Positions 36,713 to 47,715 of a stretch of DNA of 64,000 nt are shown piece after piece; the stretch's first letter is position 1, and every line of letters begins with the position of its first letter. The DNA is from Polyangiaceae bacterium (GTDB taxonomy: Bacteria; Myxococcota_A; Polyangia; Polyangiales; Polyangiaceae): contig CBDCTZ010000008.1 of NCBI GenBank assembly GCA_965222375.1, positions 256,001 to 320,000 of the forward strand, in the 5' to 3' direction. The position numbers and the translations under genes are program-made. The notes below the pieces were generated by a model. The model was given only the letters and a program-made list of their open reading frames with translations. It was not told the origin of the DNA and made no database searches.

Positions 36713-37141
36713 CTACCCGCGCTTTTGAAGGGTTTGTCCGATGATCTTGTAACAGAAGAAGCGCCGCAACTGGTTGTGGCCGATGCTATTCGGATGGGTG
36801 CAATCCGAGGCGTACCAGCTGGGCATGTGATTGAACCCATGCGGGGAAAACAGCGCGTGAATGCCGCTGTACCATTGGCCCTTCGCCGTGACCTGCTTGG
36901 CGATCTCAGCGTTCCAAGCGTTGAAATAGCTGTCCATAGGTAGCGCAGGAAAGCCTTTTCCGAAGTTGCAGCTATGGGCGGCGAAGTTCCCCTGGCCATC
37001 GCTGGCGTCCCAAATGTCCGCCTCGAAAACATGAACTGCAATGCCGGGGCCGAATCGACCAGGCGCCAAAAGCGCGTCGAGGGCGCTCGCGATGTTGCTT
37101 CTGTCGCCTTGGCCCATCCACGCCAAACTTCTCCCTGTCAT
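36713..37141 (-). pseudogene. C-terminal fragment of an SGNH/GDSL hydrolase
   Basis: Block V DCTHPNSIGH present; no GDS block I or GxND block III seen. Confidence 0.55.
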
Positions 37142-37222
37142 TTCAAGCTACTATTGGCCGGTCAGCCGGCCAATGCGATTTTCCGCTTTGGTGCTGGCAG
37201 TTCGTGCGTCAGGCTGCGGTCA

Positions 37223-37939
37223 ATGCGAACTGAGACCTTCGGCAAGCTCCAAGTGCGTCTCGCCGGCGGCTCGGACCGCGAGGGCGGCGGGCCCGGACCC
37301 CTGCTGGTGTTGATGCACGGCTTCGGTGCACCGGGCGATGACCTGGTGGCGTTGTGGCGCCAGCTCGCGACTCGCAGTGGGCTACGTTTCGCGTTTCCCG
37401 CGGCGCCGCTGTCCCTCGGAGAGATCTCGCCAATGAGCGACGCACGTGCGTGGTGGCACATAGACGTTCTCGCGCTCGAACGCGCGCTCGCCGCAGGTAC
37501 CTACCGAGACATGTCGCTCACGGAGCCTGCAGGCCTGCCTGAAGCCCGCGAGCTCGTGCTCGGCGCCCTCGACGAAATAGAACGTAAGCTCGCGCCGAGC
37601 CGCATCATTCTCGGTGGTTTTTCGCAGGGGGCCATGCTCGCAATGGAGATCGCTCTGAAAGCGCCTCGTGACTTCGCCGGCTTCGTCACGCTCAGCCCCA
37701 CTTTGCTCGCCGAGCCACGTTGGCGAACTCTCGCAGAGGCACGCGCCCCGGCACGTTTCTTCATGAGCCACGGCCGGCAGGACCCACTGCTGCCCTTCGC
37801 GTTGTCGGAGCAGCTATGCGAGCTGCTGCGAGCAGCGGGGCACGAAGTCCGATTCGTGCCCTTCAACGGCGGCCACGAAATCCCGCAAGGTGTGCTCGAC
37901 GGTTTGGCGCAGTTCCTTGAGGACTGCCTCGTCGACTAG
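37223..37939 (+). CDS. Phospholipase/carboxylesterase (alpha/beta hydrolase)
   Basis: MHGFG, GGFSQGA, HGRQDP, GGHEI. Confidence 0.93.
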   Translation: MRTETFGKLQVRLAGGSDREGGGPGPLLVLMHGFGAPGDDLVALWRQLATRSGLRFAFPAAPLSLGEISPMSDARAWWHIDVLALERALAAGTYRDMSLTEPAGLPEARELVLGALDEIERKLAPSRIILGGFSQGAMLAMEIALKAPRDFAGFVTLSPTLLAEPRWRTLAEARAPARFFMSHGRQDPLLPFALSEQLCELLRAAGHEVRFVPFNGGHEIPQGVLDGLAQFLEDCLVD

Positions 37940-38920
37940 CTCATCTCCAACACGGCAGCTCCTCGGAATTGTCCAGAGCGCAGATCCTCCAAGGCACGAT
38001 CGGCCTGCTCCAGGGGGTACACCGTCACCTCGGTCTTCACACCGGCTTGAGGTGCCAAAAGCATGAATTCCTCGCCGTCAGCACGGGTGAGGTTGGCTAC
38101 GGATACCAGCCGGCGCTCGCCCCACAGCAGCTCGTAGGGGAACGCGGGCACCTCGGACATGTGGATCCCCGCACACATCACGCAGCCTCCCTTTCGGATC
38201 ACCGAGAGCGCCCGCGGAACCAGCGCACCCGCAGGTGCGAATATGATGGCCGCGTCCAGACTCTCGGGCGGCGCTTCGTCAGATCCGCCCGCCCATTCGA
38301 CCCCCAATGAGCGTGCGAACTCCTGAGTGGCGCCATCCCCGGGTCGGGTGGAGGCGAATACACGGCGACCCTGGAACAATGCGACCTGAACCACGATGTG
38401 CGCCGAAGCGCCAAAACCGTATAGCCCGATGTTCGAGGCGCCTGCGGTCATGCGCAGGGCTCGGTATCCAATCAGCCCGGCACATAGCGGTGGCGCGACT
38501 TCCGAGTCCGAGTAGGACGCCGGCAGCGGCAACGCGAAGCGCGCGTCTACGATCGCCTGCTCCGCATAGCCTCCATCCAGCTGGTAGCCCGTGAAGCGCG
38601 CTCGGTCGCAGAGGTTTTCCCGATCGCTCCGGCAGTAGTTGCCGTCTCCGCAGGTCCAACCCAACCAGGGGATCCCCACTCGCTGCCCCTGGGCATATCC
38701 GTCCACGCCCTCGCCGACTTCCTCGACCGTGCCGACGATTTGGTGGCCCAACACCAGTGGCAGCGTCGGGTCCGTGAGTTCACCGTCCAAGATATGCAGG
38801 TCCGTTCGGCACACGCCGCAGGAGCGCACTCTGAGCAAGAGCTGTCCTGCGCTCGCGCGCTGGTCGCCTTTCAACGAGTTTCAGCGGCTCTCCTGCCGCG
38901 CTCAGGACCATCGCACGCAT
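37936..38920 (-). pseudogene. Zn-dependent alcohol dehydrogenase, frameshifted
   Basis: MRAMVLSAAGEPLKLVER (ATG 38920) is in a different frame from AGQLLLRVRSCGVCRTDLH. The structural-Zn motif reads CGDGNYC (one Cys lost). Confidence 0.75.
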
Positions 38921-39139
38921 GAGAGCTCCTCGGGCCTGTGCCCCGGCGCCCGCCGGCCGCCCCCTGGAACGCATGATAGCTGTGAATGCCTTGCCAACGT
39001 GACGCTTTCCGGGGGGCCACGCCCCTCCCCAAGGCCGCAAAAAGATGCTAGTCCCGTCCGTTCACCGGACGTCGCGGCCAAATTTCGGGCCCCGCCATCC
39101 AGGTGCCCGGTGAGGCCACCCACCCACCGACCAGCCAAC

Positions 39140-41572
39140 ATGACGATGAGCCAAGACCGCCAATTGACCCCAGACCCGAGCGCGCCTGAATCAGACGCCG
39201 AGGGAGTCGTCCGAGAAGAGCAATCCTGTCTCGATCGAGTTCTCACCCACGTGGCGGAGCGTCGCAGCCGCGTGTCCGAGCGACCAGATTCCAACTACGA
39301 CGAGCAGATGCTCGCCTTGCGAGATGAAATCGCCTCCGCCCGACTGGAGGACCTGCCGCCCTTGTACGAACAAATGGATCGACTGCAGAGCCTCGCCGCA
39401 CATCGGCGCCAAGCCAACGAGGGCTGGGTCGATGCACGGTCACCCTATTTCGGTCGGCTGGTGCTTCAGGAAGGTTCGCGCTCTCGAGAGGTTCTGATCG
39501 GGCGATCGACTTACCTGGATACGCAGTCGGGGATCCGAATAGTGGACTGGCGCGACGCTCCTGTCAGCCGTCTGTATTACCGCTACGACGAGGGCGACGA
39601 CTACGACGAGGAGTTCGGCGGCCGAGAAGTGAGCGGCGAAGTCGTCACGCGTCGCAGCGTCAACATCGTAGAGTCGGAACTCAAGCGTATCGGGACCCCC
39701 GCGGGAACCTTCGTCCGCGGGCGCCAAGGAGAATGGAAGCGCTTGGGAGACGATGCCATGCGTCTGTCGGGGGGTGCGGGCAGCGCCATCCGGCCAGAGG
39801 GCCACCATGCACCCAAGACCTTGGGCGTAGGCATCGACGGCGGCGAAGACCGACACTTGCGCGAAATCACCGCTCTGATCGATCCACGCCAGTTCGACCT
39901 CATCACCCAACCCGACTCGGGGTTGGTCGTGATCCAGGGCGGCGCGGGCAGTGGCAAGACGACCATCGGCCTGCACCGCCTGGCTTACTTGGCGTATCAG
40001 GACACCCGGCGATTCCGGCCTGACAAGATGCTGGTGATCGCCTTCAACGAGGCGCTGGTTCGCTACATATCTCAGGTCCTACCAGCACTGGGCGTGTCGG
40101 GGATCCCGATCCGCACCTACGAGAACTGGGCGGAGCGAACGCGAAGCGCTCAGCTTCCGCGCTTGCCTCGCCGTTACTCCGACGCAACCCCGGGCGTCGT
40201 GTCGCGCCTCAAGAAACACCCCGCCATGCTTCACATCATCGATGACATCGTCGATGACATGGCAAAGGAACTCGAAACGGAGCTCAGCGACAGGTTGCGG
40301 GATGCCTCAGAGCCGCTGATCGCGTCCTGGCGCAGTTCGAAAAGCCGCGCCCTCGCCCATCGCTTCCACTCCCTACGCGGCTTTTTGGAGCGAGGCGCCG
40401 GCCGGCGTCTCGATTCCGCCGGGCGCACCAAGGTGCAGAACGTGGTGGACCGCCACCTCGGCCGCACTCGCGACGTGCTGAGTGTTTGGGCGGAATTCTT
40501 CAGCGACCGCCCACGACTGGCAGCTGCCCTGGAGCGCCACGCCCCAGGGGAGTTCAGCCCGCGTCAACTGAACGAGGCCCATACCTGGTGCGCCGCCCGC
40601 GCCAGCGAGTTGGTCGAGGAGCGGATGGACGCCGAGGACGAAGCCCACGACCGCCACGACACGCGGCGGCGCCGGCCAAGTCGTCCGCCACGAGGCGACC
40701 ACGACGACGACCGCAGTCGGGGCATTGATGGCGCCAGCGTAGAAGAGCGCGCCGCCTTCGATCGAGAAGACGACACCCTGCTTCTGCGTCTATGCCAGCG
40801 TTTGAGGGGACCGTTGCGACGGGGCGCCCGCGGCAAAGAGGCCTTGGTCTACGAACACGTTCTAGTGGACGAGGCGCAAGATCTGTCCCCGGTAGAACTC
40901 GCGGTCGTGCTCGACACCGTGAGCCGATCCGAAAGCGTCACCTTGGCCGGCGACGTTGCTCAGCGTCTGCTGATGGACAACGGCTTTTCGGATTGGAAGA
41001 CCGTCTTGGCAGAACTGGGCAAGTCCCATGTGGAGGTCGAACCGCTCAAGCTGAGCTACCGCTCGACACGAGAAATTCTCGACGTGTCCCAAGCTGTACT
41101 GGGAAAGCTCGCGCCCGAGGACCCACCCGAGGCCACTCGCTCCGGCGCACCGGTGGAGCTGTTTTCCTTCGGTCACGTGGGCGATGCGGTCGGCTTCTTG
41201 GGCGAAAAGCTGCGGGAACTGATGGGGCTCGAACCCCGTGCCAGCGTTGCGGTCATCGCGCGCTACCCGGAGCAAGCAGACTTGTTCTACGACGGCCTGA
41301 AAAAGGGCGAGGTTCCGTACCTTCGCCGCATCTCCGAGCAGGACTTTCCCTTTCGTCCAGGTGTCGACGTTACGGATGTGCGCCAAGTGAAAGGCCTGGA
41401 GTTCGACTACGTGATCATCGTCGAAGCTTCCAAGCAGAGCTACCCGGAGGATGACGAGGCCCGGCACCTGCTGCACATCGCAGCAACTCGGGCCGCTCAC
41501 CAGCTGTGGTTCATTTCGTCGGGCTCGCCCAGCATGCTTCTTCCCGAAGTCCTCCGCGAGCAGAGCTACTGA
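39140..41572 (+). CDS. HelD-like SF1 ATPase (RNA polymerase recycling factor family)
   Basis: SPYFGRL, IVDWRDAPVSRLYY, QGGAGSGKTTIGLHRLAYL, VDEAQD, GDVAQ, SYRST, KGLEFD, TRA. Confidence 0.82.
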   Translation: MTMSQDRQLTPDPSAPESDAEGVVREEQSCLDRVLTHVAERRSRVSERPDSNYDEQMLALRDEIASARLEDLPPLYEQMDRLQSLAAHRRQANEGWVDARSPYFGRLVLQEGSRSREVLIGRSTYLDTQSGIRIVDWRDAPVSRLYYRYDEGDDYDEEFGGREVSGEVVTRRSVNIVESELKRIGTPAGTFVRGRQGEWKRLGDDAMRLSGGAGSAIRPEGHHAPKTLGVGIDGGEDRHLREITALIDPRQFDLITQPDSGLVVIQGGAGSGKTTIGLHRLAYLAYQDTRRFRPDKMLVIAFNEALVRYISQVLPALGVSGIPIRTYENWAERTRSAQLPRLPRRYSDATPGVVSRLKKHPAMLHIIDDIVDDMAKELETELSDRLRDASEPLIASWRSSKSRALAHRFHSLRGFLERGAGRRLDSAGRTKVQNVVDRHLGRTRDVLSVWAEFFSDRPRLAAALERHAPGEFSPRQLNEAHTWCAARASELVEERMDAEDEAHDRHDTRRRRPSRPPRGDHDDDRSRGIDGASVEERAAFDREDDTLLLRLCQRLRGPLRRGARGKEALVYEHVLVDEAQDLSPVELAVVLDTVSRSESVTLAGDVAQRLLMDNGFSDWKTVLAELGKSHVEVEPLKLSYRSTREILDVSQAVLGKLAPEDPPEATRSGAPVELFSFGHVGDAVGFLGEKLRELMGLEPRASVAVIARYPEQADLFYDGLKKGEVPYLRRISEQDFPFRPGVDVTDVRQVKGLEFDYVIIVEASKQSYPEDDEARHLLHIAATRAAHQLWFISSGSPSMLLPEVLREQSY

Positions 41573-41575
41573 GCC

Positions 41576-42559
41576 ATGGCGCCTCTCGGCCGGCTCGCCG
41601 CCCTGCTGCCGCTCTTGGCACTCCCCCTGTCTTGCGTCCGGAGCACGCCACCATCGAGTGTCGGGGCGGCTTCTCGCGCTGGAATGGATGACCCCGAACC
41701 GGAAGCGAAAGCGGCCCAGCGGCCGCGCCTGCCGCATGATGTGGTCGCGCGAGCAGCCATGCCCTTCTACGGGCTTCGCTACGACGACGGAATGCATCTA
41801 TCCCCTCGGGGGCTGGCCGAAGAACTCGCCGATGCCAACGTGATCTGCATTGGGGAATCCCACGACAACCCACATCACCACTGGGCGCAGTTTGCACTGC
41901 TCGATCGACTGCTTCGCCTGGCTCGGCACGAGGGTCGGGAAGTCGCCGTCGGTTTCGAGATGTTCCAGACGCCTTTCCAACGCGCTCTGGATGATTGGAG
42001 CGAAGGCGAGACCGACGACGAAGAGCTCCTGGAGCAGAGCGAGTGGGACAAGCGTTGGGGCTTCGACTTCAACCTCTACCGGCCCTTGCTCGAGCGCAGC
42101 CGGCGGGAAGGCACACAGCTGCTCGCCCTCAATGCACCCCGAGAGCTCACCCAGAGGATCGCCCGCGAGGGATTGCGCGGCCTATCCAAAGAAGAGCGGA
42201 AGAAGCTCCCGGATTTGGATCTGCATGATCAAGGGCATCGCGAGTGGTTTCAGGCAGCAACCCGAGAGCATCCCGTGCCCCACTCCGGCTTCCGCCGGAT
42301 GTACGCGGCGCAGGTTACCTGGGACGAAACCATGGCCCAGGTCGGTTCCCGCTGGCTGGAAAAGCGCCTCCCTGCGCGACAGCTAGTCGTAATTGCCGGC
42401 GTCGGGCATTGCCAACGTAGCGCCATTCCGAATCGCATCGCCCGGCGCACTCGCGCACGGGTCGTGGCGGTCAAACCCGTGCTGCAGAAGGGATCCGAAG
42501 ATCCCTGCCCGGCCCTGGTCGGATTCGACTACGGCGTCATCTTGCAGGCCAATCCGTGA
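41576..42559 (+). CDS. ChaN-family lipoprotein
   Basis: LPLSC lipobox, IGESHDNPHHH..Q, GFEMF, AQVTWDETMA, AGVGH. Confidence 0.9.
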   Translation: MAPLGRLAALLPLLALPLSCVRSTPPSSVGAASRAGMDDPEPEAKAAQRPRLPHDVVARAAMPFYGLRYDDGMHLSPRGLAEELADANVICIGESHDNPHHHWAQFALLDRLLRLARHEGREVAVGFEMFQTPFQRALDDWSEGETDDEELLEQSEWDKRWGFDFNLYRPLLERSRREGTQLLALNAPRELTQRIAREGLRGLSKEERKKLPDLDLHDQGHREWFQAATREHPVPHSGFRRMYAAQVTWDETMAQVGSRWLEKRLPARQLVVIAGVGHCQRSAIPNRIARRTRARVVAVKPVLQKGSEDPCPALVGFDYGVILQANP

Positions 42560-43884
42560 CGGCGGTTCTCGCCGCTTTCGCCACCAGCACCACCGGGCTG
42601 GCCGATCGACTTCTATCCTTCGGTGGCCTGTTCGTGATGGTGCTCATCGCCTGGCTGCTGAGCGTCGATCGCAAGAATGTGCGCTGGCGCCCGGTGCTGT
42701 GGGGGATCGGGCTGCAACTCTTGCTCGGTCTATTGATTCTCAATCCGGCCTTGCAGGAAGTCTTTTTCAAGGTCGTCGACCGTGGAGTGCATCGCCTGCT
42801 GTCCTTCGCGGAAGCTGGCGCCGGCTTTGTTTTTCAGAGCGTGGAGGCTCACAAGATCCTGGATACAGACGGGAATCCAAAAACCGTGGTGGGGCGCATC
42901 TCGCCACCGGTGAAAACCTTCGCGTTCTGGATCCTGCCGTCGATCGTGTTTTTTTCGAGCTTGATGGCGATTCTGTACCACCTGGGGATCATGCAACGTG
43001 TGGTTTGGGCCATCGCCTGGGTCATGCAGCGCACCTTGGGCACTAGCGGCGCCGAGTCTCTGGCGGCGGCTGCAAACATCTTCGTCGGGCAAACCGAAGC
43101 GCCACTCATGGTGCGGCCTTACGTGGACAAGATGACCCGCTCGGAGCTGTCGGCGCTGATGACCGGTGGTTTCGCAACAGTAGCCGGCGGGGTGATGGCG
43201 GCGTACGTCAGTTTTCTCAAGGACATCCCGGGGATCGCCGGGCACTTGGTTACCGCCTCCCTGCTCAGCGCACCGGCTTCCCTGGCGATTAGCAAGCTGA
43301 TGTTCCCGGAAACCGAACAATCCGCGACCGCGGGCGGAGTCGAGCTGTCCACGGCGCGTGACACGCGCAACATGTTGGAGGCGGCAACCAACGGCGCAAC
43401 CGAGGGAGCCAAGCTTGCGATCAATGTCGCCGCAATGCTGATCGCCTTCGTAGGCCTGATCGCCGCGGTGGACTTCGTCCTCAGCTTCATTCCCGTTGCC
43501 GGCACTCCCCTGAGCCTGTCACGACTATTGGGCTGGGGGTTATCGCCGCTGGCGTTCGCGATGGGGGTTCCTTGGGCAGAAGCGCCCATCGTCGGTCAGT
43601 TGCTCGGCGAAAAGATCGTGCTGACCGAGTTCATCGCCTACATCCACCTGGGCGACATCATCAAAGGGGACGCAGCCGTCCTGAGCGAGCGTTCCACGAT
43701 CATCGCGAGCTACGCACTGTGCGGTTTCGCCAACTTCGCGTCCATAGGCATACAACTTGGAGGCATCGGCGGTATCGCACCGAAGCGCTTGCCGGATCTT
43801 GCCAGCATCTCGCTGCGCGCGATGATCGGCGGCTCTCTCGCCGCATTCATGACCGCAACCATCGCCGGCATCCTATTGAGCTAG
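42556..43884 (+). CDS. nupC: CNT-family nucleoside transporter
   Basis: NIFVGQTEAP, GFATVAG, TEFIAY, YALCGFANFASIGI. Confidence 0.93.
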   Translation: MTAVLAAFATSTTGLADRLLSFGGLFVMVLIAWLLSVDRKNVRWRPVLWGIGLQLLLGLLILNPALQEVFFKVVDRGVHRLLSFAEAGAGFVFQSVEAHKILDTDGNPKTVVGRISPPVKTFAFWILPSIVFFSSLMAILYHLGIMQRVVWAIAWVMQRTLGTSGAESLAAAANIFVGQTEAPLMVRPYVDKMTRSELSALMTGGFATVAGGVMAAYVSFLKDIPGIAGHLVTASLLSAPASLAISKLMFPETEQSATAGGVELSTARDTRNMLEAATNGATEGAKLAINVAAMLIAFVGLIAAVDFVLSFIPVAGTPLSLSRLLGWGLSPLAFAMGVPWAEAPIVGQLLGEKIVLTEFIAYIHLGDIIKGDAAVLSERSTIIASYALCGFANFASIGIQLGGIGGIAPKRLPDLASISLRAMIGGSLAAFMTATIAGILLS

Positions 43885-43986
43885 GCGCCAAGCCCACTTG
43901 CGGCCCCGGGTCCGAATCGCGGCGGGCGGTGGGTTACTCGACGCGACGAGCTGTTCGTGCTGCAATGAGCCTTCCCAGGAGGGACC

Positions 43987-45570
43987 ATGCGCACCTATTT
44001 GCCTGCTTTCGTAGCGATTTTCTTGGCGACCGCGAGCTGCTCTTCGGATGAATTCGAATCCGGGTCCAGTGGCGGCAGCAGCGGTGCTGCCGGCGCCAGC
44101 GGCAGCGCTGGGGCAGGAGGCGGCACGGGTGGACTACCGGCAAGCTGCACCGACAGCTCCGAGTGCGACGACAAGCTGGCCTGCAACGGCAAAGAAACCT
44201 GCGAAAAGGGCAAGTGCGTGGCCGGCACTGCGGTCAGCTGTCCCAACCCGGATCCGGCACACTGCGTGGGCGAGTGCACGGAGGCCGGGGGCGGCAACAC
44301 GACCTGCGTCGTCAAGGGTCTCGACGCCGACAAGGACACCTACCTCGATGCCGCCTGCACTGCGTCTAGCGTGACCGCAGATGATTGCGACGACAGCAAC
44401 AAGGACGTGCACCCCGGAGCGAAAGAAGAGTGCGACGGCGTGGACAACGACTGCAACGGCAAAGACGAGCTCGACGAGGGCGTCACACCCAAGGGCACCA
44501 CCGGCGATTTCATCGACAGTGGCAACGGCGACAACTACCCCGCCATCGCTTGGTCTCCGGTGAGCAAACACTACGGCGTGGTGTGGGTCGATTCGGCGAT
44601 CCGCTACGTGCGCATGAGCCCGGAGGGCAAGCTCGTCGGAAGCCCGGTGGAGGTCGCGCCCACTTTCGCCCGCCCACGCATCGCGTGGAGCGGCGCCCAC
44701 TTCGGCGTGGTCTGGACGCTCGCCAACAAGGTCTACTTCCGCCGCGTAGCACCCGAGGGCACCTTCCCGGAGGCAGCCCAGGTCATCAGCGGCAGCGGGG
44801 CCAAGCCCGGCGACCCCGACATTGCGGCGGCCAAGAGCGGATGGGTAGCCGTGTGGTCCGACTTGCGAGACAGTACATTTGGCACGCTGTACGCCCGCGC
44901 CGTTGGCACCAATGGCACAACCCTAGGCGGGACGGACACTCAGGTTGGTGCGCTCGCTGGTAGCAACAAGTGGCCCGCGATCGCGGCCAACGGCAACGGC
45001 TTCTTCGTGGCCCAGGAACGGGGCGCCAGCTCCGAACCGAATCTGATCCAGGTGTTCGATCTGAGCGCGGCGCTCGCCGTGTCTGGCGAGAAGGCCGTCT
45101 CGGCCAACCCGCCCCCCGCCGGGCCCCTCCCCAACCGCCCCGTCGTTGCGGCCACCGACACGGGTTGGGCCGTGGCCTGGGCGGAGGAGCAGAGCCCTGC
45201 GGACAAGATCCGCTACTACGAGCAGAAGGCGAACGGTGCACCAGGCTGCGCTCCCGTCGCTGTTGCCGCTCCCCCCACTGCCATCGCCGGCGCTATCGCG
45301 GTACGCGGCCGCTCACGAGTGGTCGTCTATGGTCAAGACTCGGCCACCACAGCCCTCGTGCAACTCACGCGCTTCAAAGAGGGCTGCGCCTCACCGAGCA
45401 CCCACAAGGTCTCCGACGTGGACCTACCGGATTGGATCGGCTTCGGCACACCCGCTGCCGCCTGGAGCGACAGGAGTCTCGTCATCCTCTGGCCCGACCA
45501 ATCCACCGGCGTAGCCAAGGTGCGGCGCTGGGTCAGCGGCCCGAATCTATGCGATGCGCCTGTGCCCTGA
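43987..45570 (+). CDS. Cys-rich lipoprotein with putative metal-binding motif and beta-propeller-like domain
   Basis: ATASC lipobox, DCDD...HPGAKEECDGVDNDCNG. Confidence 0.8.
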   Translation: MRTYLPAFVAIFLATASCSSDEFESGSSGGSSGAAGASGSAGAGGGTGGLPASCTDSSECDDKLACNGKETCEKGKCVAGTAVSCPNPDPAHCVGECTEAGGGNTTCVVKGLDADKDTYLDAACTASSVTADDCDDSNKDVHPGAKEECDGVDNDCNGKDELDEGVTPKGTTGDFIDSGNGDNYPAIAWSPVSKHYGVVWVDSAIRYVRMSPEGKLVGSPVEVAPTFARPRIAWSGAHFGVVWTLANKVYFRRVAPEGTFPEAAQVISGSGAKPGDPDIAAAKSGWVAVWSDLRDSTFGTLYARAVGTNGTTLGGTDTQVGALAGSNKWPAIAANGNGFFVAQERGASSEPNLIQVFDLSAALAVSGEKAVSANPPPAGPLPNRPVVAATDTGWAVAWAEEQSPADKIRYYEQKANGAPGCAPVAVAAPPTAIAGAIAVRGRSRVVVYGQDSATTALVQLTRFKEGCASPSTHKVSDVDLPDWIGFGTPAAAWSDRSLVILWPDQSTGVAKVRRWVSGPNLCDAPVP

Positions 45571-45818
45571 CCCACTGACATCGGCAGGGACATCCTTCGG
45601 CCCGATGCGGCCGGTTTCGCCGCGGCCTTCAGCGTTGCAGGCGGGACTCTGAAGACGACTTGGCGCCGGAGCGCAGATGACTGCGGCAAGCGCTCCACGT
45701 GCCAGCGCACGAGAGTAGTGTTCAACGGCCGCCCCATCGCCACGACCCCCAAACCCCCACCGAATCTCCGAACCACCGGCGGTTGGCGCACCGAACGATT
45801 CGCGCTACGCCGCGGTGC

Positions 45819-47237
45819 ATGAAGCGATTCGAAAAGCACTACATCGGCGGAGCCTGGTCGCCGTCGTCTGGCGCGGGACACTTCGACGTCATCGACGCCT
45901 CCACGGAAGAAGTCATGGGACAGGTGCCCGCGGGAAGTGCCGCAGACGCCGAGCGCGCGGTGGAGAGTGCCGCGGCAGCGTTCGAGAGTTGGAGCGAAAC
46001 AGCACTGGAAGCCCGCGTCGACTACATCGAGAAGATAGCCGCGGGCTTGGAGGCTCGCGCGCAGGAGATCGCCGAAACCGTCGCTAGTGAAGTCGGCATG
46101 CCGATCAAGCTGGCCATGCCGATTCAAGCGATGTTGCCGGTCATGGTGCTGCGCAGCTTTGGCGAACTCGCCAAGTCCACGCCTAGGGAAGAAAGCGTGG
46201 GCACATCCCTCGTTGTGCGCGAACCCGTTGGCGTGGTGGGCGCGATCACGCCCTGGAACTACCCTTTGCATCAGGTCATCGGCAAGCTGGCGCCAGCCCT
46301 GGCTACGGGCTGCACCTTCGTGCTCAAACCGAGCGAGGTCGCGCCCCTGTCCGCCTTCATGCTGGCCGAAGTGGTCCACGCCGCGGAGCTGCCCGCGGGC
46401 GTGTTCAACTTGGTTTCCGGTGATGGACCGACGGTTGGCGAAGTCTTGGCCTCGCATCCCAAGGTGGACATGGTGAGCTTCACGGGCAGCACGCGAGCAG
46501 GGCGTCGCGTGGCCGAACTCGCCGCCGGGACCATCAAGCGCGTCGCCCTCGAGCTCGGGGGCAAGAGCGCCAACGTCATCTTGGACGACGCGGACTTCGA
46601 GCGGGCGGTGAAGACCGGCGTCAACAACTGCACCTTGAACTCGGGGCAAACCTGCTCGGCCTGGACCCGCATGCTGGTTCCGAGAGCGCGTTTGGAAGAA
46701 GCGGAGGCCGTTGCCAAAGCCGCCGCAGAAAAACTGAGCCTCGGGCCAGCGCTATCTGGAAGTGGACGCCTGGGTCCACTGGTCAGCGCCACGCAACGGG
46801 ACCGCGTGCGCGAATACATCAAGAAGGGCATTGCCGAGGGCGCCAAGCTGGTGGCCGGTGGCGCCGAGCCCCCTGACGGCCTCGACAAGGGCTTCTTCGT
46901 GCGACCGACCGTGCTCTCGGATGTGAGCAACAGCATGACGGTCGCCCAGGACGAGATCTTCGGACCTGTGCTGTGCATCATCCCCTATGACGACGAGGAC
47001 GACGCGGTACGCATCGCCAATGACAGCCCCTATGGCTTGGCCGGCGGCGTTTGGTCGAAGGACGAAGAGCGCGCCAAGCGGGTTGCGCGCAGACTGCGCA
47101 CGGGGCAGGTCGACATCAACGGCGGCGGCTTCAACCCCCTGGCCCCCTTCGGCGGCTACAAGCAGTCCGGCCTGGGCCGGGAGTTCGGCAAGTTCGGCCT
47201 CGACGAGTTCCTGGAGATCAAGTCGCTGCAGCTCTGA
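45819..47237 (+). CDS. Aldehyde dehydrogenase
   Basis: [44 protein letters not shown]. Confidence 0.96.
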   Translation: MKRFEKHYIGGAWSPSSGAGHFDVIDASTEEVMGQVPAGSAADAERAVESAAAAFESWSETALEARVDYIEKIAAGLEARAQEIAETVASEVGMPIKLAMPIQAMLPVMVLRSFGELAKSTPREESVGTSLVVREPVGVVGAITPWNYPLHQVIGKLAPALATGCTFVLKPSEVAPLSAFMLAEVVHAAELPAGVFNLVSGDGPTVGEVLASHPKVDMVSFTGSTRAGRRVAELAAGTIKRVALELGGKSANVILDDADFERAVKTGVNNCTLNSGQTCSAWTRMLVPRARLEEAEAVAKAAAEKLSLGPALSGSGRLGPLVSATQRDRVREYIKKGIAEGAKLVAGGAEPPDGLDKGFFVRPTVLSDVSNSMTVAQDEIFGPVLCIIPYDDEDDAVRIANDSPYGLAGGVWSKDEERAKRVARRLRTGQVDINGGGFNPLAPFGGYKQSGLGREFGKFGLDEFLEIKSLQL

Positions 47238-47427
47238 CTACTTCCCAGGTCACCCTTCCGGAAAGCTCGAGTCAGATGCGCCTGTTTCGCGAGCACCGGG
47301 TCCGCGAGGTGCCGAGGCGGCGCAGGTCACCGGACCGGAGCGTACTTGGATACGTGAGGACCGAAAGCGGAGCGACAACCATGCAGATGGCCGAGATCTC
47401 CGGGAGACGCCACCGGACGGCTCTACC

Positions 47428-47715
47428 TCAAAGCGAGAAGCGGGGGGCGGAGATGCGCTCGCTCTTGCACTTGGGGCAGCGGCTGGGCCGAGAGGTGCGG
47501 CTGCGCTTCTCGAAGGAAAAGTCGCAGCCATGGCAGCGAGCTGGATCGACTCTGAGCTTGTCCCGACCTCGGGCCAAGTGCTCGAGATGGGCGACGACTT
47601 CGCGTTCCGGGATCCCAACCAGGCCAGAGATTTCCCGGGCGTCCAAGCTGGTACCGGAAATCACGTCCCGAATCGATTCACGCACGGTCTGGGAGCGCTC
47701 GGGAGGCTGGGTCAC
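47428..47715 (-). CDS. Small wHTH + Zn-ribbon regulator (COG3357-like)
   Basis: EREVVAHLEHL...PARCHGCDFSF...PSRCPKCKSERI. Confidence 0.8.
   Translation of the reverse strand: MTQPPERSQTVRESIRDVISGTSLDAREISGLVGIPEREVVAHLEHLARGRDKLRVDPARCHGCDFSFEKRSRTSRPSRCPKCKSERISAPRFSL

Noticed and set aside
38920..39140. Rifamycin-associated element upstream of the HelD-like gene
   Set aside because: No matching 19-bp palindrome seen; only partial GCCTTG and CAAGGC words far apart.
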